Notes: generated by a model from the sequence alone, not told the origin. Shown: positions 1 through 8,834, counted from the stretch's first letter. The stretch: DNA of 33,467 nt from an uncultured Mediterraneibacter sp. (GCA_944375755.1 CALWBC010000057.1:1-33467), one strand, 5' to 3'. Translations and numbers: made by a program.

Positions 1-4
1 TACC

Positions 5-595
5 ATGACTCCGAACATTTCCCTGATTATCATTAACCGCTTTGCTATCTTTTACGGCGGAGACAACGCGGTGGCGGTTTACGCATGCATTGCCTATATT
101 ATCTGCATCGTATATCTGATTCTGCAGGGAGTCGGTGACGGAAGCCAGCCGATCATCAGCCAGTATTACGGAGAGAAAAAGATTGCCAGACTGAAAGAAA
201 TCCGCGGACTGGCATATGGTTTCGCATTCCTGCTCTCCATGGTCAGCTGCATCATTATGTATGTGACAAGAGACTACATCGGAATCCTTTTTGGTTCATC
301 GCCTGAAGTGAATGCTGAAATTTCGAACATTCTGCCGATCTTTTTGATTTCCGTGCCTTTTGTCGCCATCTGCCGGGTTACCACCGCCAGCTTCTATGCC
401 ACGGAAGAAAGCTCGTTTTCCTATGTTCTGACATTTATCGAGCCGATCTTTATGCTGGTATTTATGTTTATTCTGCCTCCGCTTTTCGGCGGACAGATCA
501 TGATCTGGTGGAGCACCGTAATCGCCAGAATCCTGTCCGCTATACTGGCGCTGATTTTGAAACGCAGAGTGGACAGAAAGAAATTAGCGGTTTAA
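5..595 (+). CDS. MATE family efflux transporter, C-terminal part (5' end outside window)
   Basis: Multi-TM ORF with MATE-like segments 'AVAVYACIAY', 'QGVGDGSQPIISQYYGEK'; the frame is open to the window edge. Confidence 0.85.
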   Translation: MTPNISLIIINRFAIFYGGDNAVAVYACIAYIICIVYLILQGVGDGSQPIISQYYGEKKIARLKEIRGLAYGFAFLLSMVSCIIMYVTRDYIGILFGSSPEVNAEISNILPIFLISVPFVAICRVTTASFYATEESSFSYVLTFIEPIFMLVFMFILPPLFGGQIMIWWSTVIARILSAILALILKRRVDRKKLAV

Positions 596-611
596 TCCGG
601 AAAAGAATATG

Positions 612-680
612 AAAATTGCCTGAGCCACTGTCTCTTTTCTATATCAGATCAGTTAGAAAACAGCCGGCTCAGGCAGTTTT
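612..680. terminator. Bidirectional terminator-like hairpin between convergent genes
   Basis: AAAATTGCCTGAGCC (612-626) / GGCTCAGGCAGTTTT (666-680) inverted repeat plus inner TTTTCTA/TAGAAAA. Confidence 0.65.
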
Positions 681-1099
681 TACTTTTCAACGGAAACTAA
701 GGCTATTACACAGAAAACCAGATACACCAGAACAGATATAACCGACGCCTCAATCCCAAAATCTCCGCCGGAAATCAGGAAAGATTTATTCTCCAGAACA
801 AAATTAAAGATAGAGGCACTATCCGCAGCACTTCCGATATGCAGAATTCCGCCGACGATTATCATATTCCAGACCGCATGTACAGCCGCACTGTTCCAGA
901 TCGATCCGCTTTCATACGTAATAAGGGAAAACAGGATTCCCACAATACTCCCCGCTGCCACCAGCTGAATGGTGCTGACAACATCCAGACTGTTCCCTAT
1001 GATATGCAGCAATCCAAAGAGAACAGAGGGAACTATGACAGCGATTTTTCTGTTGATTCTTCCTGTTGTTTTCATGATAACTTTCCTCTTTCCTTTCAT
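680..1099 (-). pseudogene. 5'-truncated CPBP (CAAX/Abi) intramembrane glutamic endopeptidase
   Basis: Has FxxxH ('FGLLH') and HxxxN ('HAVWN') but lacks the upstream EExxxR motif; in-frame stop at 1121-1123 just upstream; only 139 aa. Confidence 0.7.
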
Positions 1100-1193
1100 T
1101 CTGCGTCTTATTTTAAGTGATCAAATTAAAACAATCGCCAAGGAAGTACTAAGGAATGGTAAAGTTTAATCGGGGACGTAATCAGCCTGGCTC

Positions 1194-2447
1194 TTACTGC
1201 GTCCCCAAATAAAATATTGCAAATATAATCAGATTAAATACATACGCAATTATTCTGTCATTCACACCTTTACTCAAAGCCAAAAACGCGCCCCAAAACG
1301 CTGCCGCCGTCACAATCCCCGCCAGGCATATCTCCCATACCGGACTCCCCATCAGTATACATGTCACCAGTGTAACCCCTGCGCCCAGTACAGCACCGGC
1401 CAGCCCATACGCCTCAAATATCTTCTTCTCCGGCCACGGCACAAACATCCCCAGCCGATGTTTCGCCTGAAACTTATTCGCCTGAACTGTTATTGTTCCT
1501 CTTAGCGATGTAATGGCCATCGTATAGCAGAGAACGCCAACCATCTTCGCGACAGCCGGATATTCAAGGAAAGGGATTCCTGCGGCTATATTTGTTCTGT
1601 TTATAATCACTGCAAATAAAACCGGAACTATCAGGATGATTTTTACCCCTCCGGAACTTCTGTACAGTTCTGTGCTCGCTTTCCACAAAAGAGCGTATTC
1701 TCGTTTTTCCAGCATTTTATCGAACTTTAACTTATATCGTTTATTCGCCTTCTGCTCCGCCATGATCTGCTGCATCTGAGCCATGTCCGCGTAGCGGCTG
1801 GCACAGTCAGTTCTCTCCTCGGACAGAGCATCATTAAAGTAGCGCCCCATGTCCACCCTGATCATCTTACTGCCGCATATCAGCATGACAATCACCGCAG
1901 CACAAAGCGCACAGATCCAGAGACGATTTTCTGAAGCCATGACAAATGTCGCGCATGAAATCACATAACCACTAATCCAGATAAATGGATTGACCCGGTT
2001 ATATTTCATCCATGCGATCTGACTGCCTTCTGACAGAAAAAGAAACAGAAGGATTCCCAGCCACACAGTCTGACCAGTCAGACACAAACCTGTAAGTATA
2101 AGCGCAAGCACTGCCGCTATTGGGATTTTTGTGATAACCTTTTTGAGAATTTCAAATCTCACAATCCTGGAAAATGCGTCCGAATTATAAAAAAACTGAA
2201 GAGAGGCCGGATGAATCCTGGCTGTCAGCCTTTTTTGAAACAGAATAACAGCAGCCTGAATCAGACAAATGGCGACAAGCAGTTCTCTTGTATGATTCCG
2301 GATAATCTCCGCATTTAATGACACAAGATTCCAGCTGTAAGCGATACCAATGCAGGCAGTAACCAGCAGCGCCACAGCGCCGCCCGTATAGTTTTTCAGC
2401 AAAATGATCATAGCCCGGACTTTCTGAAGCAACAGGTATTTTACCAT
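1194..2447 (-). CDS. Multi-pass membrane protein, probable ABC exporter permease (EcsB-like)
   Basis: About 10 hydrophobic segments; ATG at 2447 with GAGGA RBS directly after the ABC ATPase stop. Confidence 0.7.
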   Translation of the reverse strand: MVKYLLLQKVRAMIILLKNYTGGAVALLVTACIGIAYSWNLVSLNAEIIRNHTRELLVAICLIQAAVILFQKRLTARIHPASLQFFYNSDAFSRIVRFEILKKVITKIPIAAVLALILTGLCLTGQTVWLGILLFLFLSEGSQIAWMKYNRVNPFIWISGYVISCATFVMASENRLWICALCAAVIVMLICGSKMIRVDMGRYFNDALSEERTDCASRYADMAQMQQIMAEQKANKRYKLKFDKMLEKREYALLWKASTELYRSSGGVKIILIVPVLFAVIINRTNIAAGIPFLEYPAVAKMVGVLCYTMAITSLRGTITVQANKFQAKHRLGMFVPWPEKKIFEAYGLAGAVLGAGVTLVTCILMGSPVWEICLAGIVTAAAFWGAFLALSKGVNDRIIAYVFNLIIFAIFYLGTQ

Positions 2448-2457
2448 AATCTGTCCT

Positions 2458-3189
2458 CTACTGCTCGTGAACCGGCACTTCTTCTTTATTCCTGGAAAGA
2501 TGGATATACAGCTTCTCCAGAGTATCCCACGGTGTGCCATGAGTCAAATCTTCAAAAGTGCCTTGTGTTATCAGTTTTCCCTCATCGATAAAAATATAAT
2601 AGTCACAGATGTTTTCTATCACTTCAAGCAGATGTGTCGATAACATTACCGTACGTCCATCTTCTTTTTCTTCAAGCATAATGTCCTTCAGGACTTTTAT
2701 CTGCCCCGGATCAAGACCGGAAAATGGTTCATCCGCAATCAGCAGCTCATGATTTCTGAGCAGCGCACATGCGATTGACAGCTTCTGTCTGGTCCCTTTT
2801 GACAGTGCCATCGGATACTTGTCCAGATGTTTCTTTAACTCCAGCCTGCTCACCAGCACATCGATCTTCGCCCTTGTTCCATACATGGCAGCAACAAACT
2901 GCAGATGCTCCATGACAGTCAGCTCTTCATAGAAGATCGGTGAATCCGGAATACAGGTAATCGGATATCGTTCATTGCTTATTCCGTATATATCTTCTCC
3001 CCGGTAGATAATACTCCCGGAATCCGGTTTTAAGTATCGAATCATGTGCCGGATTGCCGTCGTTTTCCCTGCGCCATTTGCGCCGATCAGGCCCACCACT
3101 TTATTTTCCGGCAGCACAAATGACAGTCCGTCTAAAGCAAATTCCTGAGCAAATCTGTGAACCACATGGTTAAATTCAACCAGTGTCAT
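2458..3189 (-). CDS. ABC transporter ATP-binding protein (EcsA/CcmA-like)
   Basis: Walker A GANGAGKT, signature LSKGTRQK, Walker B LLIADEP, H-loop STH; 'IPDSPIFYEELTVMEHL' is EcsA-like; RBS AAAGGAGGAGG. Confidence 0.92.
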   Translation of the reverse strand: MTLVEFNHVVHRFAQEFALDGLSFVLPENKVVGLIGANGAGKTTAIRHMIRYLKPDSGSIIYRGEDIYGISNERYPITCIPDSPIFYEELTVMEHLQFVAAMYGTRAKIDVLVSRLELKKHLDKYPMALSKGTRQKLSIACALLRNHELLIADEPFSGLDPGQIKVLKDIMLEEKEDGRTVMLSTHLLEVIENICDYYIFIDEGKLITQGTFEDLTHGTPWDTLEKLYIHLSRNKEEVPVHEQ

Positions 3190-3238
3190 TTGCCTCCTCC
3201 TTTCTCACCAGCTCCGAAACCAATCCCTAGCTAAATTA

Positions 3239-4024
3239 TCACGTTTCTCCTGTTTCCTTACGATTCATCTCATCTACAAATGCCTTCTCCCGTGCAGTGA
3301 GTTCCACCCATGCAGGTCTGAATCCACATTTTATCGCATTGCGGACGGATTTGATATTTGACCACGCGGCACAGTAAAACGGTACTTTCCCGAGCTTCAT
3401 TGTTTCCATGGCAAGTCTGCTGGTAATGGCGGACGCAATGCCCTGCTTTCTGTATTCCGGCAGTACGTCCACACCGATCTGATACATGGTTTCACAGTCT
3501 GCCGAACATCCCGCCAGTCCTGCAAGCTTGCCGTGATCAAACGCGCCTACGGCCAGCTTATCCAGATGTTTTCTGGCTTTACACAGCGCATTTGCCCATT
3601 CATCCGTATAATACTCCTCAAAATCTGCTGGAAACAGAACTCTCAGCTCATAATTGCAGGGCAGCTCTCTGACGGCATTTATATCCGGCAGAAAATACTC
3701 CGCCATAAAACAGACCTTGTAGTCAAACTCTGCCAGCCGCTCATTAAGCGCAATCACATTCGGTGATTCGAAGCAGTGCTCAACCGCATATTTTCCTATG
3801 TACCACTCCACCGTTTCCTTCATCCGCGGGCTGACCTGAGCGACTATATTGCTGCCGTAGGACACCAGATCACACTCGAAAGGAAGTGACAGATAGGCCC
3901 TTGCCTTTTCATTTTTGCGGGATAAAACCACTTTGTTTTCCGCAGACAGGAAATCATCCGGATCACAGTTGCAGTCATAAGCAGACTGCTGTAATGCAAT
4001 TTGAAGTATTTCTTGATTTGTCAT
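3239..4024 (-). CDS. GNAT family N-acetyltransferase
   Basis: 'IGVDVLPEYRKQGIA' acetyl-CoA motif and 'NIKSVRNAIKCGF'; ATG at 4024 with GAGGA RBS (alternative GTG at 4042 overlapping the upstream stop). Confidence 0.88.
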   Translation of the reverse strand: MTNQEILQIALQQSAYDCNCDPDDFLSAENKVVLSRKNEKARAYLSLPFECDLVSYGSNIVAQVSPRMKETVEWYIGKYAVEHCFESPNVIALNERLAEFDYKVCFMAEYFLPDINAVRELPCNYELRVLFPADFEEYYTDEWANALCKARKHLDKLAVGAFDHGKLAGLAGCSADCETMYQIGVDVLPEYRKQGIASAITSRLAMETMKLGKVPFYCAAWSNIKSVRNAIKCGFRPAWVELTAREKAFVDEMNRKETGET

Positions 4025-4038
4025 AGCGTTTTCCTCAC

Positions 4039-4641
4039 TCACCGATACACCACATACCGGTCATGCGGCATATCCACACCTTTATAATGCTTCGTCCATC
4101 CGTCTTCCTTTTTCATGCCGTTTCTCAGGGCCACTTTTTGAGAAGCCGTATTCGTATCCCTGATAATCGAGCAGACTTCCTCTGCATCCAGCTCTTCAAA
4201 CGCATACTTTTTGCAGGCACGGGCCGCTTCTGTGGCATATCCCATGTGCCAGTATCGCCGTTCAAAAAGATAACCGACTTCCAATACTTCTTTCCCTTTC
4301 CACTCCTGCATAGTCAGGCCGCACTGGCCGATCAGTTCGTCCGTCTCTTTTAGAATCACCGCCCACAGGCCGAAATCCCATTTCTGATATCTCGCAATCT
4401 GACGATCCAGCCATTCCTGTACTTCGGCGTCGCTGAATGCCCCTTCATAGGCATACATTGCCTCGCCATCCTGCAGTGTTCTGCACAGAGCCTGATAGTC
4501 CGACTGATTTAATTCCCGTAAATACAGCCTCTCTGTCTCAATGATTACAGCATTCTTTCCCTTCGTTTCGTTTTTCACACCATCCACTTCTGTTTTCCCT
4601 CTTATCCTGTACTTTGCAACCATCCGCCCTATTGTATTCAC
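4039..4641 (-). CDS. GNAT family N-acetyltransferase (RimJ/RimL type); true start uncertain
   Basis: 'IETERLYLRE', 'EVGYLF..YWHMGYATEAA', 'NTASQKVALRNGM'. Confidence 0.88.
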   Translation of the reverse strand: MNTIGRMVAKYRIRGKTEVDGVKNETKGKNAVIIETERLYLRELNQSDYQALCRTLQDGEAMYAYEGAFSDAEVQEWLDRQIARYQKWDFGLWAVILKETDELIGQCGLTMQEWKGKEVLEVGYLFERRYWHMGYATEAARACKKYAFEELDAEEVCSIIRDTNTASQKVALRNGMKKEDGWTKHYKGVDMPHDRYVVYR

Positions 4642-4672
4642 GATAAGGCGGATGGTTTCCTTCGAAACGCTG

Positions 4673-5089
4673 TCAATGTCCTCTGCGCTTCTCTTTTCGT
4701 TTCTGCTGTTTCAGATCAAATTTACGCTGTCTCTCAGCCTCCTGCTGTTCCCTGCCTGTTTTCCTGCGTTCGACTTTCATCTCTTCCCGCTGCTTCTTAA
4801 GCGCCTGCTGGGATTTCGTTCCTATACCGGAATTTGCCATCTGCTTTTTCGCATTGCGCAGTCTTCGTTTCGGGTTATCCGCAGTCTTCTTTACTTTGAT
4901 TTCAACAGTCGGACTGAACCTGAGCCTGCTGTAATGTCTGAGGATGAAATCTCTCACTTCATAATCTTTCGGTTCCGCCCCGAATGTCACCTTACATACG
5001 GACAGCTCCCCGCCGGATATACGTTCAAAAACCCCCACCCAGAACGGCTCCTCAAAATAAACTGTCAGCTTTTCACTTGTCTTGTCCAT
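4673..5089 (-). CDS. yjdF: YjdF family protein (DUF2992)
   Basis: 'LTVYFEEPFWVGVFE', 'FGAEPKDYEV', 'NPKR', 'GTKSQQALK' and basic tail 'KRKEKRRGH'; RBS GGAGGG. Confidence 0.92.
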   Translation of the reverse strand: MDKTSEKLTVYFEEPFWVGVFERISGGELSVCKVTFGAEPKDYEVRDFILRHYSRLRFSPTVEIKVKKTADNPKRRLRNAKKQMANSGIGTKSQQALKKQREEMKVERRKTGREQQEAERQRKFDLKQQKRKEKRRGH

Positions 5090-5119
5090 AACGATCCCTC
5101 CTGAATAAAATTTGTTATG

Positions 5120-5240
5120 GACAAAGAACGGACAACCCGGGAGGGGCAGGTTACTTACCCTGCCTCACTGGCAGGACGGCCGGGCTACCTACCGGCTCTG
5201 GCACATCCAGACGGATGCACGTTGCGTTTTTATCTTTGTC
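5120..5240 (-). ncRNA. yjdF riboswitch (azaaromatic-binding cis-regulatory RNA)
   Basis: Minus strand GACAAAGAUAAAAACGCAAC...CCGGUAGGUAGCCCGG...GUAAGUAACCUGCCCCUCCCGGGUUGUCCGUUCUUUGUC matches yjdF motif features; P1 GACAAAGA/UCUUUGUC; CCCUCC is complementary to the yjdF RBS; directly upstream of yjdF. Confidence 0.9.
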
Positions 5241-5295
5241 ACTTCTGATTTATATGATGCACACCCATGTGCGTCATATCATAATATAAATGCTT

Positions 5296-5787
5296 TTACT
5301 GTTTCTGCATCTTCACCATACACTCTTTTCTGTAGAACGCAATTCCGTACTTCAGAATGTCCTGATATCCTTCCGTCCTCAGTTCTTCCTCATACTTCTG
5401 TTCCTCGATCTGCCGGAGCGCCTCATCACATTTTTCTTCCATTCCCTGATATGTCCGGGACACTTTGATCTCCATGATCACTGCCTTTCCCCGAACACTC
5501 GGGTATTTCAGCACGATGTCCGGCCTTCCCACTCCGGATTCCCGGTTGGAAAGTACGATGTAATTTCCGATATTCTTCAGCATTTCGGCAAGGAAACCGT
5601 GATAATAACTCTCCTGATAATCATAAAAACTGATTGTTTCCATCAGATTTTCCGAAAGAATCTCCGACATTTTCCCGGTATCACCAGTCAGAATACTGTC
5701 ATACAGAGGAGAAAGTTCTTTCTTCTCCGTCTTTTCTTCAAACCACCGCAGAACCGCATCCATGCCATAAAAATGCCTCCCTTCCAA
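5296..5787 (-). pseudogene. C-terminal fragment of an AAA-ATPase-like / PD-(D/E)XK nuclease family protein
   Basis: 'ESYYHGF', 'SNRESGVGRPDI', 'IMEIK', 'ALRQIEEQKY', 'YGIAFYRK' are typical of the PDDEXK_9 C-terminus; the N-terminal AAA domain is absent. Confidence 0.75.
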
Positions 5788-5937
5788 AAGGTAGTTTCAT
5801 TTTACTACGTTTGAAAAGGAGGCGCAAGGAGACACCTTATTGTCCCAGTATCGTTTCATCTATGTCATGAAGTAAAGGAGGCAGACGCAATTCGCTTATC
5901 TCCGCATCATCTGCTTCCCCCATGCCATCCATCCGCT

Positions 5938-6546
5938 CTATTTTACTTTCCAGATATACCGCCAGTATTTCAGGTTCAATATAACTATGCAGATTCCGGT
6001 AACGATATCCGCCAGGAAATACCGCAGTCCTGTATTTTCCACAGGAATGATCCCCGGCAGAAAAAAGATCGAGAACATCATCACACCGCCCACGGCAATC
6101 TGAAATTTTTCCAGCTTGTGTTTTTTATTCATATCTCTAGAGGTAATGTATAGCAATACGATTCCGAGCAGAATGATCGCCATCCAGTACAGTTTATTCG
6201 AGCTGTACAGACCGGACGAATAACCGTCCCAGCCTCCGTTCATTGACGCAACCGCTGCCCAGCGTCCGATCAGCATTTTTGCGTTTCTTTGTTTTTCTTT
6301 TAATTGCTCTTCTGTTTTTTCTTCCTTTATCCGCTGTTCTTCCTTCTCCTTTTCAGGATCGACCAGTTCCGAGACACTCATTTCAAACAGCGCTGCCAGC
6401 TCAGCCAGATTGGCAGCCGTCGGTCTGCTCTTTCCGGATTCCCATTTCGCTACCGCCTGTCTGCTGATTCCAAGCTGATCGGCTACATATTCCTGTGACA
6501 TCTTCAGCTGTGTACGCCTGGTTTTTATATTATCACTCAGTGCCAT
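5938..6546 (-). CDS. XRE family HTH transcriptional regulator with C-terminal TM helices
   Basis: 'MSQEYVADQLGISRQAVAKWESGKSRP' HTH, a charged linker and 3-4 hydrophobic segments; RBS GAGGAGGG. Confidence 0.9.
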   Translation of the reverse strand: MALSDNIKTRRTQLKMSQEYVADQLGISRQAVAKWESGKSRPTAANLAELAALFEMSVSELVDPEKEKEEQRIKEEKTEEQLKEKQRNAKMLIGRWAAVASMNGGWDGYSSGLYSSNKLYWMAIILLGIVLLYITSRDMNKKHKLEKFQIAVGGVMMFSIFFLPGIIPVENTGLRYFLADIVTGICIVILNLKYWRYIWKVK

Positions 6547-6688
6547 AACCAGTCCCTCCTCTCACCCGGATTATAGCGCAAAAGAGCGGTTACGCGCCAG
6601 CAACTATTACGCAACCAGCGGTTTACAGTTCATACGTTTTCTTTTATTATGCCAGATCATAAAAGAACCGTCATCAGATTTTTCCATC

Positions 6689-6717
6689 TTGACATAATGA
6701 ATTTCACTCCCTATAAT
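6689..6717 (+). promoter_or_regulatory. Consensus sigma-A promoter of the MarR gene
   Basis: TTGACA (6689-6694), 17-bp spacer, TATAAT (6712-6717). Confidence 0.85.
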
Positions 6718-6723
6718 ATATCT

Positions 6724-6752
6724 GTTTGAATCCAAACTATTTGATTTCAAAT
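6724..6752. promoter_or_regulatory. Tandem palindromic operators, putative MarR sites
   Basis: GTTTGAATCCAAAC (6724-6737) and ATTTGATTTCAAAT (6739-6752) at the predicted transcription start. Confidence 0.6.
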
Positions 6753-6794
6753 TTACAGGCATGAGAATCGGATAATCAAAAAGGAGATGATACC

Positions 6795-7217
6795 ATGTCC
6801 CACTCATTTCACTATCTGGTTATGGCGGAACACTCCATGTTCCAGAAAGAGCTTTTGACAAAACTAAAAGGCAGCGGTCTGACCATCGGGCAGCCCAAGG
6901 TCCTGGATTTCCTGAAGGATCACAACGGTGCCAGCCAGAAGGATATCGCCCGGGGATGCCATATCGAGCCGGGCACGCTCACCACACTTCTGAACCGCAT
7001 GGAAGAATCCGGACTTGTGGAACGCCGCATGTTAAATGGAAACCGCCGCAGTTTCTACATCTTTCTGACCGAAACCGGAAGCCGGAAACTGGAACAGGTA
7101 TCAGCGGCATTCAAAGAGCTGGAAGACGAAGCATTTCGCGGAATTTCTGACACAGATCGGGAAACATTTATGGATCTTTTCTATCGTATTTATGAAAATA
7201 CGGCATCAGAGGGGTAA
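6795..7217 (+). CDS. MarR family transcriptional regulator
   Basis: 'LTIGQPKVL', 'SQKDIA', 'LTTLLNRMEESGLVER', 'NRRSFYIFLTETG'; RBS AAAGGAG. Confidence 0.92.
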   Translation: MSHSFHYLVMAEHSMFQKELLTKLKGSGLTIGQPKVLDFLKDHNGASQKDIARGCHIEPGTLTTLLNRMEESGLVERRMLNGNRRSFYIFLTETGSRKLEQVSAAFKELEDEAFRGISDTDRETFMDLFYRIYENTASEG

Positions 7218-7264
7218 CACACTGCAGAACACATTTTACTTACAAAAAACATATTCAGACGATT

Positions 7265-7357
7265 CAAGTAGATGGTCCGCAATGCGCACCATCTACTTGT
7301 AACGGTTCAGCCGGCTCCTCAAAAAGCGCGAGGAGCTCACTGCGGCTGAACCGCTAC
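7265..7357. repeat. Two abutting REP-like hairpins between marR and the downstream gene
   Basis: CAAGTAGATGGT/ACCATCTACTTG (perfect 12 bp); GTAACGGTTCAGCCG..GCTCCTC/GAGGAGC..CGGCTGAACCGCTAC. Confidence 0.6.
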
Positions 7358-7390
7358 TTCTATGTCTTTCGAGGGAGGAATGTTAAAACT

Positions 7391-8770
7391 ATGGAAAAAC
7401 TGAAACGCTACATTGTATTTTTAATCGGACTTTTTATCAACTCGATGGGAGTCAGCCTCATTACAAAGGCCAGTCTCGGTACATCCCCGATCTCATCGAT
7501 TCCCTATGTGCTCAGCCTGAACTTTCCATTCACTCTGGGACAGTTCACCATCGCATTCAGCCTGCTGCTGATCGTGATCCAGCTCATCATACTCCGCAGA
7601 AACTTCAAAGCGGAACATCTGCTCCAGATTCCGATATCCATTCTTTTTGGTTATTTTATCGACCTGACCATGGTGATGCTCTTCTTCGTCAATCCGCAGA
7701 CTTACATAGCTTCGCTGGCCTATCTCCTGATCGGATGCGTGATTCTCGGATTCGGAGTTTATACGGAAGTCCTTGCCAACGTGGCAATGCTGCCCGGCGA
7801 GTCCTTTGTCCGTGCGGTTTCTTCCACATGGAAGACGGAATTCGGTTCCACAAAGGTTGCTTTTGACGTGTCTCTGACTGTCATCGCAGCTGTCCTTTCC
7901 CTGTTCTTTGCCCACCGTCTGGACGGAGTCAGAGAGGGAACCATCATCGCCGCGCTGCTGGTCGGATTTATCGCCCGCCTGTTTGGCAGACATTTATCCT
8001 TCCTGGAACCACTGCTTTTCTCCGCTTCAGCCAAAAAAGAGACTGCAGGTTCTGCCGAATCCCGGAATATATCAGACCAGCCTGAACCGGTACAGTCCGA
8101 AGCAGCCACGGCTTCTTCCGAGCCGCTTCACCCCGGGACTCCATCCACGGCTTCCTCTGCCGCAGAGTCGCCGGTTATTGTAATCGGACGCCAGTTCGGA
8201 AGCGGAGGCCACGATATCGGAAAAGCACTTGCGGAAAGACTGGGCTACGCCTTCTATGACAACGAAATCATCCAGATGACCGCAGGATCAACCGGATACA
8301 CACCGAAATTCATTCAGGAAAAAGAGGAAAACATGACCAACAGCTTCCTTTACGATCTGGTCAACCAGATGTACATTTATTCCGATACACAGGAAGCGCC
8401 CCAGGATAAGATCTTTGAGTCCGAAGCGGCCGTCATCAGAGAGCTTGCGTCTAAAGGCAGCTGTGTCATCGTCGGACGATGCGCGGATTATGTGCTGCGG
8501 GAACGCCCGAACTGCCTGAAAGTCTATCTCCACGCCTCCGAAGAATACCGGACCAGCCGGATTATGAAAGCAGAAAACTTAAGCCACGATGATGCCCTCC
8601 GGAAAGTCCGCCAGGCCGACCGCCGAAGAGCCGACAACTACCGCTATTACACACGGCGGATCTGGGGACACTCCAGAAACTACGATCTCACGGTAAATAC
8701 CGAGATCGGATCAGAGGCTGTACAGGATGTCATCTGCAGGATGATGGAATTAGAGTTAAAACGGAATTAA
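7391..8770 (+). CDS. YczE/YitT-type membrane protein fused to a cytidylate kinase-like domain
   Basis: N-terminal 'ASLGTSPISSIPY', 'PGESFV', 'GVREGTIIAALLVG'; C-terminal 'IGRQFGSGG', 'CVIVGRCADYVL', 'RRADNYRYYT', 'YDLTVNT'. Confidence 0.85.
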   Translation: MEKLKRYIVFLIGLFINSMGVSLITKASLGTSPISSIPYVLSLNFPFTLGQFTIAFSLLLIVIQLIILRRNFKAEHLLQIPISILFGYFIDLTMVMLFFVNPQTYIASLAYLLIGCVILGFGVYTEVLANVAMLPGESFVRAVSSTWKTEFGSTKVAFDVSLTVIAAVLSLFFAHRLDGVREGTIIAALLVGFIARLFGRHLSFLEPLLFSASAKKETAGSAESRNISDQPEPVQSEAATASSEPLHPGTPSTASSAAESPVIVIGRQFGSGGHDIGKALAERLGYAFYDNEIIQMTAGSTGYTPKFIQEKEENMTNSFLYDLVNQMYIYSDTQEAPQDKIFESEAAVIRELASKGSCVIVGRCADYVLRERPNCLKVYLHASEEYRTSRIMKAENLSHDDALRKVRQADRRRADNYRYYTRRIWGHSRNYDLTVNTEIGSEAVQDVICRMMELELKRN

Positions 8771-8788
8771 TCCCGTACAGAAGAATTT

Positions 8789-8834
8789 AAAAAATGAAAT
8801 CCCGCGGAGCTCATCTCCGCGGGATTCTGTTTTT
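8789..8834. terminator. Bidirectional intrinsic terminator
   Basis: AATCCCGCGGAG-CTCAT-CTCCGCGGGATT flanked by A and T tracts between convergent genes. Confidence 0.8.

Noticed and set aside
6607-6807. 66-aa minus-strand ORF between XRE and MarR
   Set aside because: Spans the MarR promoter and operators, overlaps the MarR start, and shows no recognisable motif
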